Shown: positions 27,680 to 38,018, counted from the first letter of the stretch. The stretch: 64,000 nt of DNA from an uncultured Ilumatobacter sp. (GCA_937919625.1 CALFRK010000003.1:8886-72885); one strand, 5' to 3'. A program made the numbers and translations. Notes: a model not told the origin generated them from the letters alone.

Positions 27680-28402
27680 ATGAGGTGCGCCATGACGATT
27701 CGGGTGCTGGCCGCTGGCGCACTCGCTCTGTTGGTCGGTGTCGGCGGCCCGGCGAACGTCGCGTTTGCAGCACCGCCGATCGGTGATCCGCCGGCCGACG
27801 ACACGGGTACCCTCAGCGGCGGCGTCGACGTGGTCGACGCAACGCCTGTCACGCTGCCGCTGGTTCCGGTCCCCGTCGGCTGTTCGGCACCGCTGATGCC
27901 GCACATCGTGTTTGTGGGCACCGTGGTCAATCGCGACTACCGCACGGTCCGCTTCGAAATCGAACAGATCCGGAGTGGGCGGTCGGATCCTTTCGCGTCG
28001 GGAAACCTGATCGACGTGCGGTTTGGTCAAGACGCGCAGTACCTGAAAGATGGCGCCACCTTTCTTGTGTCGGCCGTGGTCGATCCCGACCTGGGGCTGC
28101 TCGTGTCGCGGGCGACGCCGCCGATCGAGAATTTTGGCGGCGATGAGGTGATCGGTGTGTCAGAGACCGACGTGAACTGTCCCCTGTTCGAAGACCCTAT
28201 GCGCACATTGCACCTTGATGGCACTCCGGTCGGGGGCAGCTTTCTGAAACCCTTTCTTGACGCCAAGATGCGGATTTTCGGCGCGATGCTGATCCCGTTG
28301 GGTGTTGCGGTCGGTGTGATCTTCCTGCTCGCGATGTTCAGGCTCAGCGTGGCGGCGCTGGTCCGTGGCATCGTCAATGGCGGCCAACGCCGACTCAGCT
28401 GA
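27680..28402 (+). CDS. secreted protein with C-terminal membrane anchor, hypothetical
   Basis: Signal peptide MRCAMTIRVLAAGALALLVGVGGPANVAFA and a C-terminal TM (IFGAMLIPLGVAVGVIFLLAMF). The 3' end overlaps the convergent adnB-like gene by 8 nt. Confidence 0.55.
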   Translation: MRCAMTIRVLAAGALALLVGVGGPANVAFAAPPIGDPPADDTGTLSGGVDVVDATPVTLPLVPVPVGCSAPLMPHIVFVGTVVNRDYRTVRFEIEQIRSGRSDPFASGNLIDVRFGQDAQYLKDGATFLVSAVVDPDLGLLVSRATPPIENFGGDEVIGVSETDVNCPLFEDPMRTLHLDGTPVGGSFLKPFLDAKMRIFGAMLIPLGVAVGVIFLLAMFRLSVAALVRGIVNGGQRRLS

Positions 28403-31400
28403 GTGCCACCAGAATCTCGTGCTGAGCGTCCTCGAAGTCGGTGAGCACGATCTGTTCGGCAGGAGCGCCATCGATACAGCGCACCAGAATTCCACCGACG
28501 ACCGGCTCCCCGATGACCTGCTCGAGCGCCACACCGTATGCCGCCAACTGAAGGCGGTAGCGGGCGATTCGTTGGTGGCGCTGTGATTGGTCGCTCCAGG
28601 CGTCGGTCTTGTAGTCGACGATTACGTAGCCGTCGTCGGTGCGCACGAGTAGATCGACGTATCCCTCGAGCAAACGATTGCCAGTTGGTGCTGCCACGAA
28701 CAGCTCGCGATGGTGCTCGCGGTCGACGGCCGCCTTTACGATCGGCGCCGCGAGTGCGGATCGTGCCAATGAGGCGACCAGCGCCTCAACTCCGTTGATG
28801 CCCTCGGCAGCGCACTGAGCAGCGGCCAGCGGGTCGACGTCGTGGCCGGTTCGTAGATCGGCGAACTGCAGCACGCCATGCACGGCCCGCCCGATTGCCG
28901 TGCCGTACCGGCCACGCTGCCACGGGGGCAAGTCGAGGTCGACCGGCTCCTTGGCGAGGCCCGAATCGGCTGAGGCGTCGGGATCGGCTACCGAAAGTAT
29001 GGCGAGCTCGTCGGCGAGCCGAGTGGCGCTAACGGTCGGCTGCCAGCTGGCGGCGGTGACGGCGCGATGTCGTTCGGTCGCCCACTCGGCCTGATCGGTC
29101 CACGGCAGGCTTGTCGGATCGGGCGGGGTGATCATGTACCTACCTGATGCAACCCTCAACGGCTGTGCCCCCAGCTCGGCGCCACCGGCATGCAGCAACG
29201 CAGCGTTGGTGGCATTGCTGACGATCTGGGTCGGCCCCGGAAGGCGGTGCAGCGACACGACCAGATGGTCTACGGCCCGGGTGCAAGCGACATACAACAG
29301 CCGGCGTCGCTCGGCGTCGCTCATCTGTTCGTCGAGCGGTTTGAAATCCTCATAGATCTCGTCGCCATGCTTGTTCGAGATTGTCCAGGTGTTGCCCGGC
29401 CACACAACTGAGTTAGAGAAGGTCGGGGAGGGCTTGGTGGTTAGCCCGGATACGACGGTGATCGGGAACTCGAGCCCCTTGGCGGCGTGGATCGTCATGA
29501 TCCGAACCGCATCGTCATCGTGTTCGGGCAGGATTGTGTCGGCGTTGCGGCTTTCGCTGGCCATCAGGTTGACCCACCCCAAGTATCGACGCAGTCCGTG
29601 CCCGCCGGCATCGCTCCAGGCGCGTGCCTGATCGACGACGTAGCGCAGGCGGCGCCAAACATCGCGAGCATCGGGGCTGTCGAGGGCTGCGTCGAGCAGG
29701 CGTCGCTCGTCGATCAGCGCCGCCAGCAGGTCTGCTGGGGTGAGCCAGGTGCTGCGGTCGGCCAGCGAACCAAGGTGGCGGATCGCCTGGGCGACCGGGT
29801 GGTCGGCGAGTTGTGCGGGCGGATCGACCCGGATCGACCATGCCCCGCCCGCCAGTTTCCAGTCGTACAGATCGACGTCGCTACAGCCGTACAGCGGCGT
29901 ACGCAGTGCAGCGACCATGGCGAGCTGGTCGGTGGTGTCGTCGGCGGCGCGCAGCGCCAACATCAGATGCCGGATCTCGGTCGTGATGTAAACGACCGAA
30001 CTGTTCTCGGCCCGATACGGGAGGTCGCGTTCGCGCAGTGCCGCTTCGAGCGCCGGAAGCGAGGTGCGGGCAGGTAACAGCACGGCGATGTCACCGGGCC
30101 GACACGGGCGCTGAACGGGTGTGCCGACGGGGTTGTTGTCGCCGACCAGCCAACCCTCGGTGAGAGCCGTTGCGACGGCGTCGGCGGCGTCGGACGCCTC
30201 GCGCCACCGCAGTGTCTCGGCTCGCTTGCCAGACGTGAGATCGGTATGCGCGTCGACACCGAGCAGCGTCACCGAACCCTGGTCGATGAAGTGCCGCCGG
30301 CGCGCCTCGAGCGCCCGGTAGGCGGGCTGGATGTCGGTTTCGTACTCGATCAGGTTGGAGAACACATGGTTGACCCAGCCGAGAACCTGCTGGGAGGACC
30401 GAAAGTTGGCCGATAATCCGGCGCGGGAGGCGCCGACCTGTTCGGCGGCGCTCATGTATTGGGCGATATCGGCGCGCCTGAAGCGGTAGATCGACTGTTT
30501 TGGGTCGCCGACGATGAACAGTCGGCCGGGCAGCGGTCGCAGCTGATCCCAATTGTTTTGGGCCGGATCGTTTGGGTCGGAGGTCAGCCGAACGGCGATT
30601 TCGAGCTGGATCGGGTCGGTGTCTTGGAACTCGTCGAGCAGGATCCGTTGATATCGGCGGTGCAGGTCGGAGCGCACCTCGGGGTGTCGTGCGACGAGCT
30701 GACGGGCGAGTACGAGCAGGTCGTGGAATTCGACCGTACCGTCGGCGGCGCGATCGCGGGCGGCGTCGAGGACCCACCGCCCGAGCAGTGCCCCGAGCAC
30801 ACGAATACGGTAGTCGCGCACCGTTTGCAGCAACACTTGGGCTCGGTCGGCCAACGCGACCTGCTGCTCTCGTAGCGCATCGAGGGCTGTTGGGTCGAGC
30901 CCGGCCGCTTTCCACGCTGCCTTCGAACCGGTTCGCTTGACCTTTCGGCACCGATCTTCGAGCCAGGTGAGGAGTACGATCTGTTCGCCGAGCTGGTTGG
31001 CCTCGCCAAGGCGCTGCGCTGCGGTGCGCAGCTGGCTCAGACGACCCGATTGTGCGTCGTCGGGAGGGCACGGGGTATCGCACAGGTCGAGCACCGCGAT
31101 GGCGAACGGTGTTGGGTCGAGCCGCCAAACCGGAGGGTCGGAACGATCGACCCGAGTTTCGACGAGGTCCCAGTTGTCGTGGAACCCGGTGGCCACCCGC
31201 CGGGCGCCCGACGACAGGCCGAAGTTGTCGAGACTGCACAGCTCGATCAGGGCGCTCCCGCCCTCGATGATGCCGCCCGATGGCTCGGGATCGTCGAGGA
31301 TCTGGTCTAGCAAGGTGCTCCATCGTTGCTCGAAGGCGAGGTGACTTTCGAGCTCGTCGAGCACGCGGAACCCCGGCGGCAAACCGGCATGTACGGGATA

Positions 31401-31760
31401 GTCGTTGAGGATTCGGCGGGCGAAGGCGTGCAAGGTGCCGATCGGGGCGTGATCGAGGCCATCCAAGGCGATCTGCATCCGCTCGACGGTTACCGGGTCG
31501 TCGGCGTTGACCTGCGCTGCGATCAGCTGACTGCGCAGGCGGTGTCGCAGCTCGGCTGCCGCCTTCTCGGTGAATGTTATGGCGGCGATCATGCCGATCT
31601 CGACACCGCTCGCCACCAACGCCACGATGCGCCCAACCAGACTGCTGGTCTTGCCGGAACCGGCGCCGGCCTCGACGAACAGATTGGTGCCGAGGTTGGT
31701 GACGATCGCCTGTCGGTCAAGCTGATCTGGGAGTTCGTCGTGACCGGTGAGGTCGATCAT
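28395..31760 (-). CDS. UvrD-type helicase fused to a RecB-type nuclease (AdnB/AddA-like subunit)
   Basis: Walker A AGAGSGKTS, motif II LLDEFQDTD, and a C-terminal nuclease motif GYVDLLV...VIVDYKTD. Its ATG overlaps the stop of the upstream subunit (ATGA). Confidence 0.8.
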   Translation of the reverse strand: MIDLTGHDELPDQLDRQAIVTNLGTNLFVEAGAGSGKTSSLVGRIVALVASGVEIGMIAAITFTEKAAAELRHRLRSQLIAAQVNADDPVTVERMQIALDGLDHAPIGTLHAFARRILNDYPVHAGLPPGFRVLDELESHLAFEQRWSTLLDQILDDPEPSGGIIEGGSALIELCSLDNFGLSSGARRVATGFHDNWDLVETRVDRSDPPVWRLDPTPFAIAVLDLCDTPCPPDDAQSGRLSQLRTAAQRLGEANQLGEQIVLLTWLEDRCRKVKRTGSKAAWKAAGLDPTALDALREQQVALADRAQVLLQTVRDYRIRVLGALLGRWVLDAARDRAADGTVEFHDLLVLARQLVARHPEVRSDLHRRYQRILLDEFQDTDPIQLEIAVRLTSDPNDPAQNNWDQLRPLPGRLFIVGDPKQSIYRFRRADIAQYMSAAEQVGASRAGLSANFRSSQQVLGWVNHVFSNLIEYETDIQPAYRALEARRRHFIDQGSVTLLGVDAHTDLTSGKRAETLRWREASDAADAVATALTEGWLVGDNNPVGTPVQRPCRPGDIAVLLPARTSLPALEAALRERDLPYRAENSSVVYITTEIRHLMLALRAADDTTDQLAMVAALRTPLYGCSDVDLYDWKLAGGAWSIRVDPPAQLADHPVAQAIRHLGSLADRSTWLTPADLLAALIDERRLLDAALDSPDARDVWRRLRYVVDQARAWSDAGGHGLRRYLGWVNLMASESRNADTILPEHDDDAVRIMTIHAAKGLEFPITVVSGLTTKPSPTFSNSVVWPGNTWTISNKHGDEIYEDFKPLDEQMSDAERRRLLYVACTRAVDHLVVSLHRLPGPTQIVSNATNAALLHAGGAELGAQPLRVASGRYMITPPDPTSLPWTDQAEWATERHRAVTAASWQPTVSATRLADELAILSVADPDASADSGLAKEPVDLDLPPWQRGRYGTAIGRAVHGVLQFADLRTGHDVDPLAAAQCAAEGINGVEALVASLARSALAAPIVKAAVDREHHRELFVAAPTGNRLLEGYVDLLVRTDDGYVIVDYKTDAWSDQSQRHQRIARYRLQLAAYGVALEQVIGEPVVGGILVRCIDGAPAEQIVLTDFEDAQHEILVALS

Positions 31761-34700
31761 GACTCGCCCCGGTCAGTTGGATCAGACTCGTCTGGCGGCA
31801 ACCAGGGGGCGAGGCGCGGATCGGCCCGCTTTAATTGCCACTCACCGAACCGCTCGGCGACCCCCAGGCCGTCGGGCTGGCAGTAGTGGCAATCGATGCG
31901 GAACTGCCATGTTGGGACGCCCGGCGTGGCTGGGAACAAACCGGACTGGATGCCACTGACGAGATGCCCAAGATCATCGGCGACTCGCTTCCACACCTCA
32001 TCGTCGAACACGTAACCGTGGCGCTGGTAGCCGCCCTTGTCGAAGAAATCGTATTCGGCCAAGACGCCGGGAGGTCGATCGTGCGGTTCACCGAACATCG
32101 CCAGCGCAGCGGATGCGTATGTGGGCAGCTGAAACTTACGGCCACCTTCGGTCGGATCGTGGGCGTTCACATTTTTGAAGTCGGTGTCGCGACCGGTCTT
32201 GTGGTCCATCACGACGAGGTCGCCCGTTCGGCACCGGTCGATGCGATCGACCGAACCGCGCACGGCCAATCGTCGCCCTCCGGGCAGTGGCAAGGTGACC
32301 GATCCATCGGTGCCGAATCGCAGCTCAGAGCTGACGATCAGCGCGCCTCGTTCGGCAGCTGTCAGACCATCGCTGGCGAACCAGTTGAGGAGCTCGGCCA
32401 ATACCGAACGGCGATCGAGCCGCCAGTGGGCGGCGCGACCCGTTCGACCGGTGCGCTCGAACTCGTCGGCGACCTGGTCGTATAGCGCCACCAAACGGGC
32501 GGCGTGGGCCGGAAGCCATCCGTCGGAACCGGGCTGCGGCAAGGCGCCGGCCAGCACCTCGTGATTGAAACGGTCGAGCGTGTCGTGAACGACATTGCCG
32601 CGCTCGATTGGGGAAAGCGCAAGGTCTTCGGTCGGGTCGTCGATGCGTCTGACGCCCAACAGGTACTGAACGAAGTAGGCGTGCGGACACTTCGCCCACG
32701 CCTCTAACTGTGACGGCGAGACGGGTCGTTCGAAGTGGTCGATCGTGCGTGCGCTGAGATCGCCGTCGAACTCGGTCAGCTCGGCGCGGCGCCTAGCCGA
32801 CCGCATCGCCAACGCACGTACGGCAACCGCATCATCGGCACAGGCAGCAGCCACCTCACCGATGTCGTCGATCGCCACCGCGGTTCGGTGCCGCAGCCGG
32901 TGCTCGTGGCCATTGGCAGGGAATTCGGTGCCGAGCAGACCGGCGTGATGGCTGCTGACGACCCGCCACTCGGCGTCTGGGGCATGGGCGGCGAGCCAGC
33001 GCGATGGCTGGCGTTCGGTGGTCGAGCGAAGATCGCCGCGCGGCATTCCGATCACCACATGATCGGCCGTGTCGAGGACCGCCAGAAAGTTGCGATGGGC
33101 GCGGATCGCTCGCTCTCCTGACGTGGTCAGCCCAGCAGCCCGACGGTCGGAATCGTTGATCAGCGGGTCGGTTGTTGGGGCCGGTGGTAGCAGCCCGTCG
33201 GCGGCGCCGAGCACGATCACAAGATCGGAGTCGAGCCCGACCGCTCCGGTCAATGAACCAATCGTGATGCCAGTGCCGATTCGTCCGAGACGTCCGGGCG
33301 CGACCTCGAACTCGGCGGCGAACACGGCTCGGAACTGGCTGCGTCGGACCGCTGGACCGATGGCATCGAGATGACGGAGCCGGTCGAGCACTCGCGACGT
33401 GTGTTCGTGCGCCAGGCGCTCTGCCTCGTCGAGTCGTGAGAGCAGCCGATTGCCCAGCCTCCAGGAGATCTGGCGGTCGCACCAGTCGGCCCAATCGCTC
33501 CAGCTGCGGGTGGCCATCGGATGTCCGAGATCGCGTTGCATGGCGTCGACGAACTGTGCCAGTTGATCGGCCGCCTGTGCGTGGCGTTGTGCCGCTGCCT
33601 GCGTTTCGGGTGATCGTTCGGCCCGGGCGCGGGCCGCCGCCGCGAATCTGGCGAGCCGTGGGCGCCAGTGTTCGGCGCGGTTGACGCCAGCCTCGCGGGC
33701 GACCCGCTCCCAGCGGGCGAGATGCACGACGCGACCGTCGTCGCCCCTGGTAGGAATGTCGGCGAGTAGGTCGAACAGGTCGCTGCGCCGAAGCCCGCGG
33801 CGGTCGACGTTGAGCAGGTCGAGCAGGAAACGCGGGACCAATCGTTCGCTGACGAGCGTGCCAGGGCGCCCATTCCACGGCAGCTCGGCTACGTCGAGGT
33901 GGTGTTCGACAAGGCGCGCGTAGGGACGGTCGGATGGCCAGATCATCGCCATCCGCGCAAACGGTATTCCGGTGCGTGCGTGATCGAGTGCGACCCGTAC
34001 TGCATGGCGAACTTCGTCGTCGGCGTCGGTTGTGGAGATGACGACCGGTGGGCGTGGTCGCGAGATTGGGGAATTTGGGTCGGCCGCCGCTGGGCCGAGC
34101 CGCTCGGCGAACTCGAGCAGGTCGGCGTCGACGACGGCGACACCGGTGTGGAGCAAGAGCAGCTGTAAAACCCCTGCGGCACCAATTGCCTGCAACAGCT
34201 TTAGTTCGAGCCCCTGAGTTGGTTGCGGCAAAAACACGAGTACACGATCGAGGCCCTTGACTGCCCCGGTTCGCAGACGTTCGGTCGTGCTGCTGAGCAG
34301 ATCGCCTTCGTCGTACCAATCGGCGGCCAGCCGATTCGCTGTGGTGGCCGAGACGCGAGCCGCCTCGCGGCCGCGCTCGCTGGCGGTCGCCAATGCTTGC
34401 AGCGCAGCCGGGCCGGCGAGGCGAAGCTCGCGGTGCAGATCGCGCAAGGCGGTGATCGTGGAGGGGTGCTGAGCGACCTCGGCGAACGAGCGAGGGTCAT
34501 CGGCCAGCACGCTGCGGATCGTCAGGTCGACGATCGGCGTTGACACCGGTTTGCGGCCCTGGGCGTGCAAAGCAGGACCAGCCACCAACTCGGCCAAACG
34601 GTATGGCGTGACCATGTTGACGGCAGCGATGCCACCGTCGCGGCCCAGCGAGCGGCGCGCCATTACGCCGGTCGCGTTGGTTGGCACGATCACCGTGACC

Positions 34701-34795
34701 GGGGCGAGCGGCGAGCCCAGTTTGGCGGCGCGAACGGCCTCGCCCAGCGCCGCCAGCGCGTCGTGGGGACGCACGAGCTGCGAACGGATGGTCAC
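31757..34795 (-). CDS. helicase-nuclease partner subunit (AdnA/AddB-like) with a degenerate motor
   Basis: 1012 aa. C-terminal RecB nuclease motif GSVDRIDR...LVVMDHKTG. I see no GxxGxGK[ST]; the expected position reads VIVPTNATGV. Cysteines occur at AKCPHAY and CHYCQP. Confidence 0.75.
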   Translation of the reverse strand: MTIRSQLVRPHDALAALGEAVRAAKLGSPLAPVTVIVPTNATGVMARRSLGRDGGIAAVNMVTPYRLAELVAGPALHAQGRKPVSTPIVDLTIRSVLADDPRSFAEVAQHPSTITALRDLHRELRLAGPAALQALATASERGREAARVSATTANRLAADWYDEGDLLSSTTERLRTGAVKGLDRVLVFLPQPTQGLELKLLQAIGAAGVLQLLLLHTGVAVVDADLLEFAERLGPAAADPNSPISRPRPPVVISTTDADDEVRHAVRVALDHARTGIPFARMAMIWPSDRPYARLVEHHLDVAELPWNGRPGTLVSERLVPRFLLDLLNVDRRGLRRSDLFDLLADIPTRGDDGRVVHLARWERVAREAGVNRAEHWRPRLARFAAAARARAERSPETQAAAQRHAQAADQLAQFVDAMQRDLGHPMATRSWSDWADWCDRQISWRLGNRLLSRLDEAERLAHEHTSRVLDRLRHLDAIGPAVRRSQFRAVFAAEFEVAPGRLGRIGTGITIGSLTGAVGLDSDLVIVLGAADGLLPPAPTTDPLINDSDRRAAGLTTSGERAIRAHRNFLAVLDTADHVVIGMPRGDLRSTTERQPSRWLAAHAPDAEWRVVSSHHAGLLGTEFPANGHEHRLRHRTAVAIDDIGEVAAACADDAVAVRALAMRSARRRAELTEFDGDLSARTIDHFERPVSPSQLEAWAKCPHAYFVQYLLGVRRIDDPTEDLALSPIERGNVVHDTLDRFNHEVLAGALPQPGSDGWLPAHAARLVALYDQVADEFERTGRTGRAAHWRLDRRSVLAELLNWFASDGLTAAERGALIVSSELRFGTDGSVTLPLPGGRRLAVRGSVDRIDRCRTGDLVVMDHKTGRDTDFKNVNAHDPTEGGRKFQLPTYASAALAMFGEPHDRPPGVLAEYDFFDKGGYQRHGYVFDDEVWKRVADDLGHLVSGIQSGLFPATPGVPTWQFRIDCHYCQPDGLGVAERFGEWQLKRADPRLAPWLPPDESDPTDRGES

Positions 34796-34847
34796 AGGGG
34801 TGATCGTAGAGACAGGGTGTGGCAGCCAGCCGCTGAAGGCCTGCCCG

Positions 34848-35531
34848 TCACCGGCGGGCCGCTTCGGCCAGAGCGCGCAACTCGGTCACGGCGTGCTCGA
34901 GGCCGTCAGGGTCGCGATACAGAGCGCTGCCGGCGATCAACACATTGGCGCCGGCGGCGGCGGCGCCCTGAATCGTGGCCGGGCCGATTCCGCCGTCGAC
35001 TTCGAGATCTACGGTGTCGGATAGGCCGGCGGCGTCGAGCATCGCCCGCACCTCGGAGATCTTCGGCTCCATCGTGGTGATGTAGGACTGGCCACCGAAC
35101 CCGGGGTTGACGGTCATCACCAGCACCAGGTCGACGAGATCTAGCACGTGCTCGATCGCCGACGGGGGTGTCGCGGGGTTGAGCGCCACGGCACCGCGAG
35201 CGCCCATCGAATTGATGTTGGCAAGTGTGCGATGCAGATGGGTGCAGGCCTCGGCATGCACGATCAGGCGCGAACACCCTGCATCGACGTACTGCTGTGC
35301 CATCACGTCGGGCGTGTACACCATCAGGTGCGCCTCGAACGGCACGGTGCAATGGGCACGTGCCGACTTGATCACGTCGGGCCCAAATGTCAGGTTCGGC
35401 ACGAACTGGCCGTCCATCACATCCCACTGGATCAGATCGACGCCGGCCGCCTCGAGAGCGGCGACTTCCTCACCGAGACGAGAAAAATCGGCGGGCAGGA
35501 CGGACGGTACGATCTGGATCGGTCGGGCCAC
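34848..35531 (-). CDS. rpe: ribulose-phosphate 3-epimerase
   Basis: IVPSVLPADF..L...V......G.D.IQWDVMDG.FVPN...G and VNPGFGGQ. The GTG at 35531 gives a normal ~227-aa length. Confidence 0.85.
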   Translation of the reverse strand: MARPIQIVPSVLPADFSRLGEEVAALEAAGVDLIQWDVMDGQFVPNLTFGPDVIKSARAHCTVPFEAHLMVYTPDVMAQQYVDAGCSRLIVHAEACTHLHRTLANINSMGARGAVALNPATPPSAIEHVLDLVDLVLVMTVNPGFGGQSYITTMEPKISEVRAMLDAAGLSDTVDLEVDGGIGPATIQGAAAAGANVLIAGSALYRDPDGLEHAVTELRALAEAARR

Positions 35532-35640
35532 GACCCCAGAACCTAGCGCTGCATCAGCACACGCTTGGCATGTTGTGTCGGCTGGTTCCCCGCCAGCACC
35601 CCAAACATCCAGTGGCACGGTGCTCGTCGGTCGCTTCGAC

Positions 35641-35859
35641 TCACTTCGCTTCTGGCTTGGAGTCGCCACCCCAGCGGTTCCAGCGTTCGTCGTCGTCGTC
35701 CCATGACTGGTTTCGGTCGTCAACCTTGACCTTCCAGTTGTGTGCCTCGCCTTTGGTGCGATACGGGCCGAGCATGTGGTCGCCGCGTCCGCGCTCGCCG
35801 GCAGGCACGGCCTTGTTTCTTTTGAGGTCCCAGTACCACTCTGTCGCGGGTTTGTTCAT
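35641..35859 (-). CDS. small Trp/Asp-rich hypothetical protein
   Basis: 72 aa, EWYWDLKRNKAV...GPYRTKGEAHNW...WDDDDERWNRW. It resembles small conserved actinobacterial proteins of unknown function. Confidence 0.45.
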   Translation of the reverse strand: MNKPATEWYWDLKRNKAVPAGERGRGDHMLGPYRTKGEAHNWKVKVDDRNQSWDDDDERWNRWGGDSKPEAK

Positions 35860-35885
35860 GGTGACAGGATCGCGCGATCGGTAGT

Positions 35886-37088
35886 GTGCCGACGATGATC
35901 GATGACACAGACCCTGTGTTGATGCGTCCGGACCGGTTGATCGCGGGCGGCGAAGCGCTCGCCCGCGATGCCGATGGACGAGTCGTGTTCGTGCGCGGGG
36001 GCGTGCCCGGCGACGAGCTCACGGTCACCACGATCGAAGAGAAGGGCGACTGGTCGCGGGTGCTGATCAAACAGATCGTTACCCCGTCTCCCGACCGCGT
36101 CGAGCCGCCGTGCCCGCGTCGCCGCCAGGGATGTGGCGGCTGCGACTGGCAGCACATCGCCGTCGCCGCCCAGTTGCCCTCCAAGGTCGAGATCGTGCGC
36201 GATGCGTTGCGCCGTACGGCAAAGCTGCCCGATGCCGAGTTGCGGGCTGGCCGCTCGGTGCCGGATCTTGGTTATCGCACGACGGTTCGTGTCGTCGGCG
36301 ATGCCGATCGACGCGCTGCCTTCCGTCTCGATCGGTCACACGAAACGGCTCCAGCGTCTGATTGCATGGTCGCTCACCCGGCGTTGTTGCCAGTGCTCGA
36401 TTCGATTCGCCTCACACCCGGGCTCGAGATCACCCTACGAACTTCGGCGGCCACCGGAGAGATCACGGCTCGTTGGGACCACGCAAGCGGTGACGTCACC
36501 GGTCTGCCCGAAATGGTCGCCATCGGGACAGCCGCGCAACTCCACGAAAACGTGGCCGGGCATCGTTTTCGCGTGTCGGCGGCGTCGTTTTTCCAGAGCG
36601 GTCCCGCTGCCGCCGAGCTACTCGTCGATGCTGTCAAGCGGGCCGCCCCGGAACTCGGCCGGGCGCGCACTGTGCTCGACGCCTACGCCGGCGTGGGACT
36701 GTTCGCGTTGGCCACCACATCACCGAAATCGAAACTAGTGACCGTCGAAACGTCGAAGTCGGCGGTCGCAGATTGCCGCGCCAACCTGGCTGGTCGTAAT
36801 GCTCGTATCGAACGGGGCGATTTCGGCGGATGGCGGCCCGACCGTGGCTTCGCGATAGACGTGGCAATCGCTGACCCGTCGCGGGCCGGGCTGGGGCGTT
36901 ATGGGGTCGGCGCCATGGTGTCAGCCGAGCCGCCGGTGCTGGTGCTGGTTAGTTGCGATCCGGTTGCGCTTGCCGGTGACGCCGCCCTACTGACCCGCCA
37001 CGGATATCGCCATGACGGCACCGAGGTGCTCGACGTGTTTCCGCACACTCACCACGCCGAGTGCGTGACCCGGTTCGTGCACATCTGA
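35886..37088 (+). CDS. TRAM-domain, 4Fe-4S RNA (uracil-5)-methyltransferase (RlmD/TrmA family)
   Basis: Cysteine cluster CPRRRQGCGGCDWQH and a SAM-MTase core (VLDAYAGVGLF, DPSRAGL). The catalytic Cys lies near VSCDP. Confidence 0.8.
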   Translation: MPTMIDDTDPVLMRPDRLIAGGEALARDADGRVVFVRGGVPGDELTVTTIEEKGDWSRVLIKQIVTPSPDRVEPPCPRRRQGCGGCDWQHIAVAAQLPSKVEIVRDALRRTAKLPDAELRAGRSVPDLGYRTTVRVVGDADRRAAFRLDRSHETAPASDCMVAHPALLPVLDSIRLTPGLEITLRTSAATGEITARWDHASGDVTGLPEMVAIGTAAQLHENVAGHRFRVSAASFFQSGPAAAELLVDAVKRAAPELGRARTVLDAYAGVGLFALATTSPKSKLVTVETSKSAVADCRANLAGRNARIERGDFGGWRPDRGFAIDVAIADPSRAGLGRYGVGAMVSAEPPVLVLVSCDPVALAGDAALLTRHGYRHDGTEVLDVFPHTHHAECVTRFVHI

Positions 37089-37112
37089 TCAGACCCCCGG
37101 CAGACTGACATC

Positions 37113-38018
37113 ATGATCCGCACCGTGCTTTCTGACGAGGTTGCTCGTGCCGTCGCCGATGGTCGGCCGGTCGTGGCGCTGGAGTCGACGATCTTTTCCA
37201 ACCTCGGCCTGCCGTCGCCGGCCAATGCCGAAGCGCTCGAGCGTTGCGTGGGGGCGATCAGCGACGGGGGAGCGGTGCCCGCCGTCACCGCCATACTCGA
37301 CGGTGTTGCTCGGGTCGGCCTCGCTGCCGACGAACACGGTCGGATCCTCGGTGCAGCACTCAAGACGGCCGAACGCGATCTTCCGGTGGCGATCGCTCAG
37401 CGTTGGTCGTTCGGCGCCACCACGGTGTCGGCCTCGTTGGCTTTGGCGGCGGCGGCCGGGGTATCTGTGTTCGCCACGGGCGGCATCGGTGGGGTGCATC
37501 GAGGCGCCGGCGCGTCGGGTGATGTCAGCGCCGACCTCGATGCGCTAGCTCATCACCCTGTGATCACCGTCTGCGCCGGTGCCAAGGCGTTTCTCGACCT
37601 GGCGCGCACACTCGAGTATCTCGAAACGGTGGGTGTGCCGGTGCTCGGTTGGCGACACGACGATTTTCCGGCGTTCTACACCCGGTCGGCCGGGCTGCGG
37701 GTTCCGCACCGCGTCGAGTCGGCGGCCGAGGTCGCCGCTGTGTTGTCGAACCGCAGCCGCAAGCAAACGGGCGTACTGGTCGGCGTGCCGATTCCGCAAG
37801 CGGCCGAGCTCGACCCAGCCGAGCTGGACGCCGTGCTCACGCAGGCGCTCGCCGACTGTGACGATGCCGGTATCAGCGGCGCGGCGATCACACCCTTCGT
37901 GCTCGGTCGCATCGCACAGGTCACCGACGGGCGCAGCATTCCCGCCAATCTGGCGCTTGCCGAGAACAATGCGCGTGTTGCTGCCGCGATCGCGGTCGCC
38001 GTCGCCGTCACCGAATGA
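37113..38018 (+). CDS. psuG: pseudouridine-5'-phosphate glycosidase
   Basis: VVALESTIFSNLGLP...VPAVTAILDG...TGGIGGVHRG...DVSADL. Confidence 0.85.
   Translation: MIRTVLSDEVARAVADGRPVVALESTIFSNLGLPSPANAEALERCVGAISDGGAVPAVTAILDGVARVGLAADEHGRILGAALKTAERDLPVAIAQRWSFGATTVSASLALAAAAGVSVFATGGIGGVHRGAGASGDVSADLDALAHHPVITVCAGAKAFLDLARTLEYLETVGVPVLGWRHDDFPAFYTRSAGLRVPHRVESAAEVAAVLSNRSRKQTGVLVGVPIPQAAELDPAELDAVLTQALADCDDAGISGAAITPFVLGRIAQVTDGRSIPANLALAENNARVAAAIAVAVAVTE

Noticed and set aside
30091-34319. Alternative-frame minus-strand ORFs (410 aa at 30091..31323 and 487 aa at 32856..34319)
   Set aside because: They are out-of-frame overlaps of the AdnAB-like genes. They are extremely Arg/Pro-rich with no motifs.
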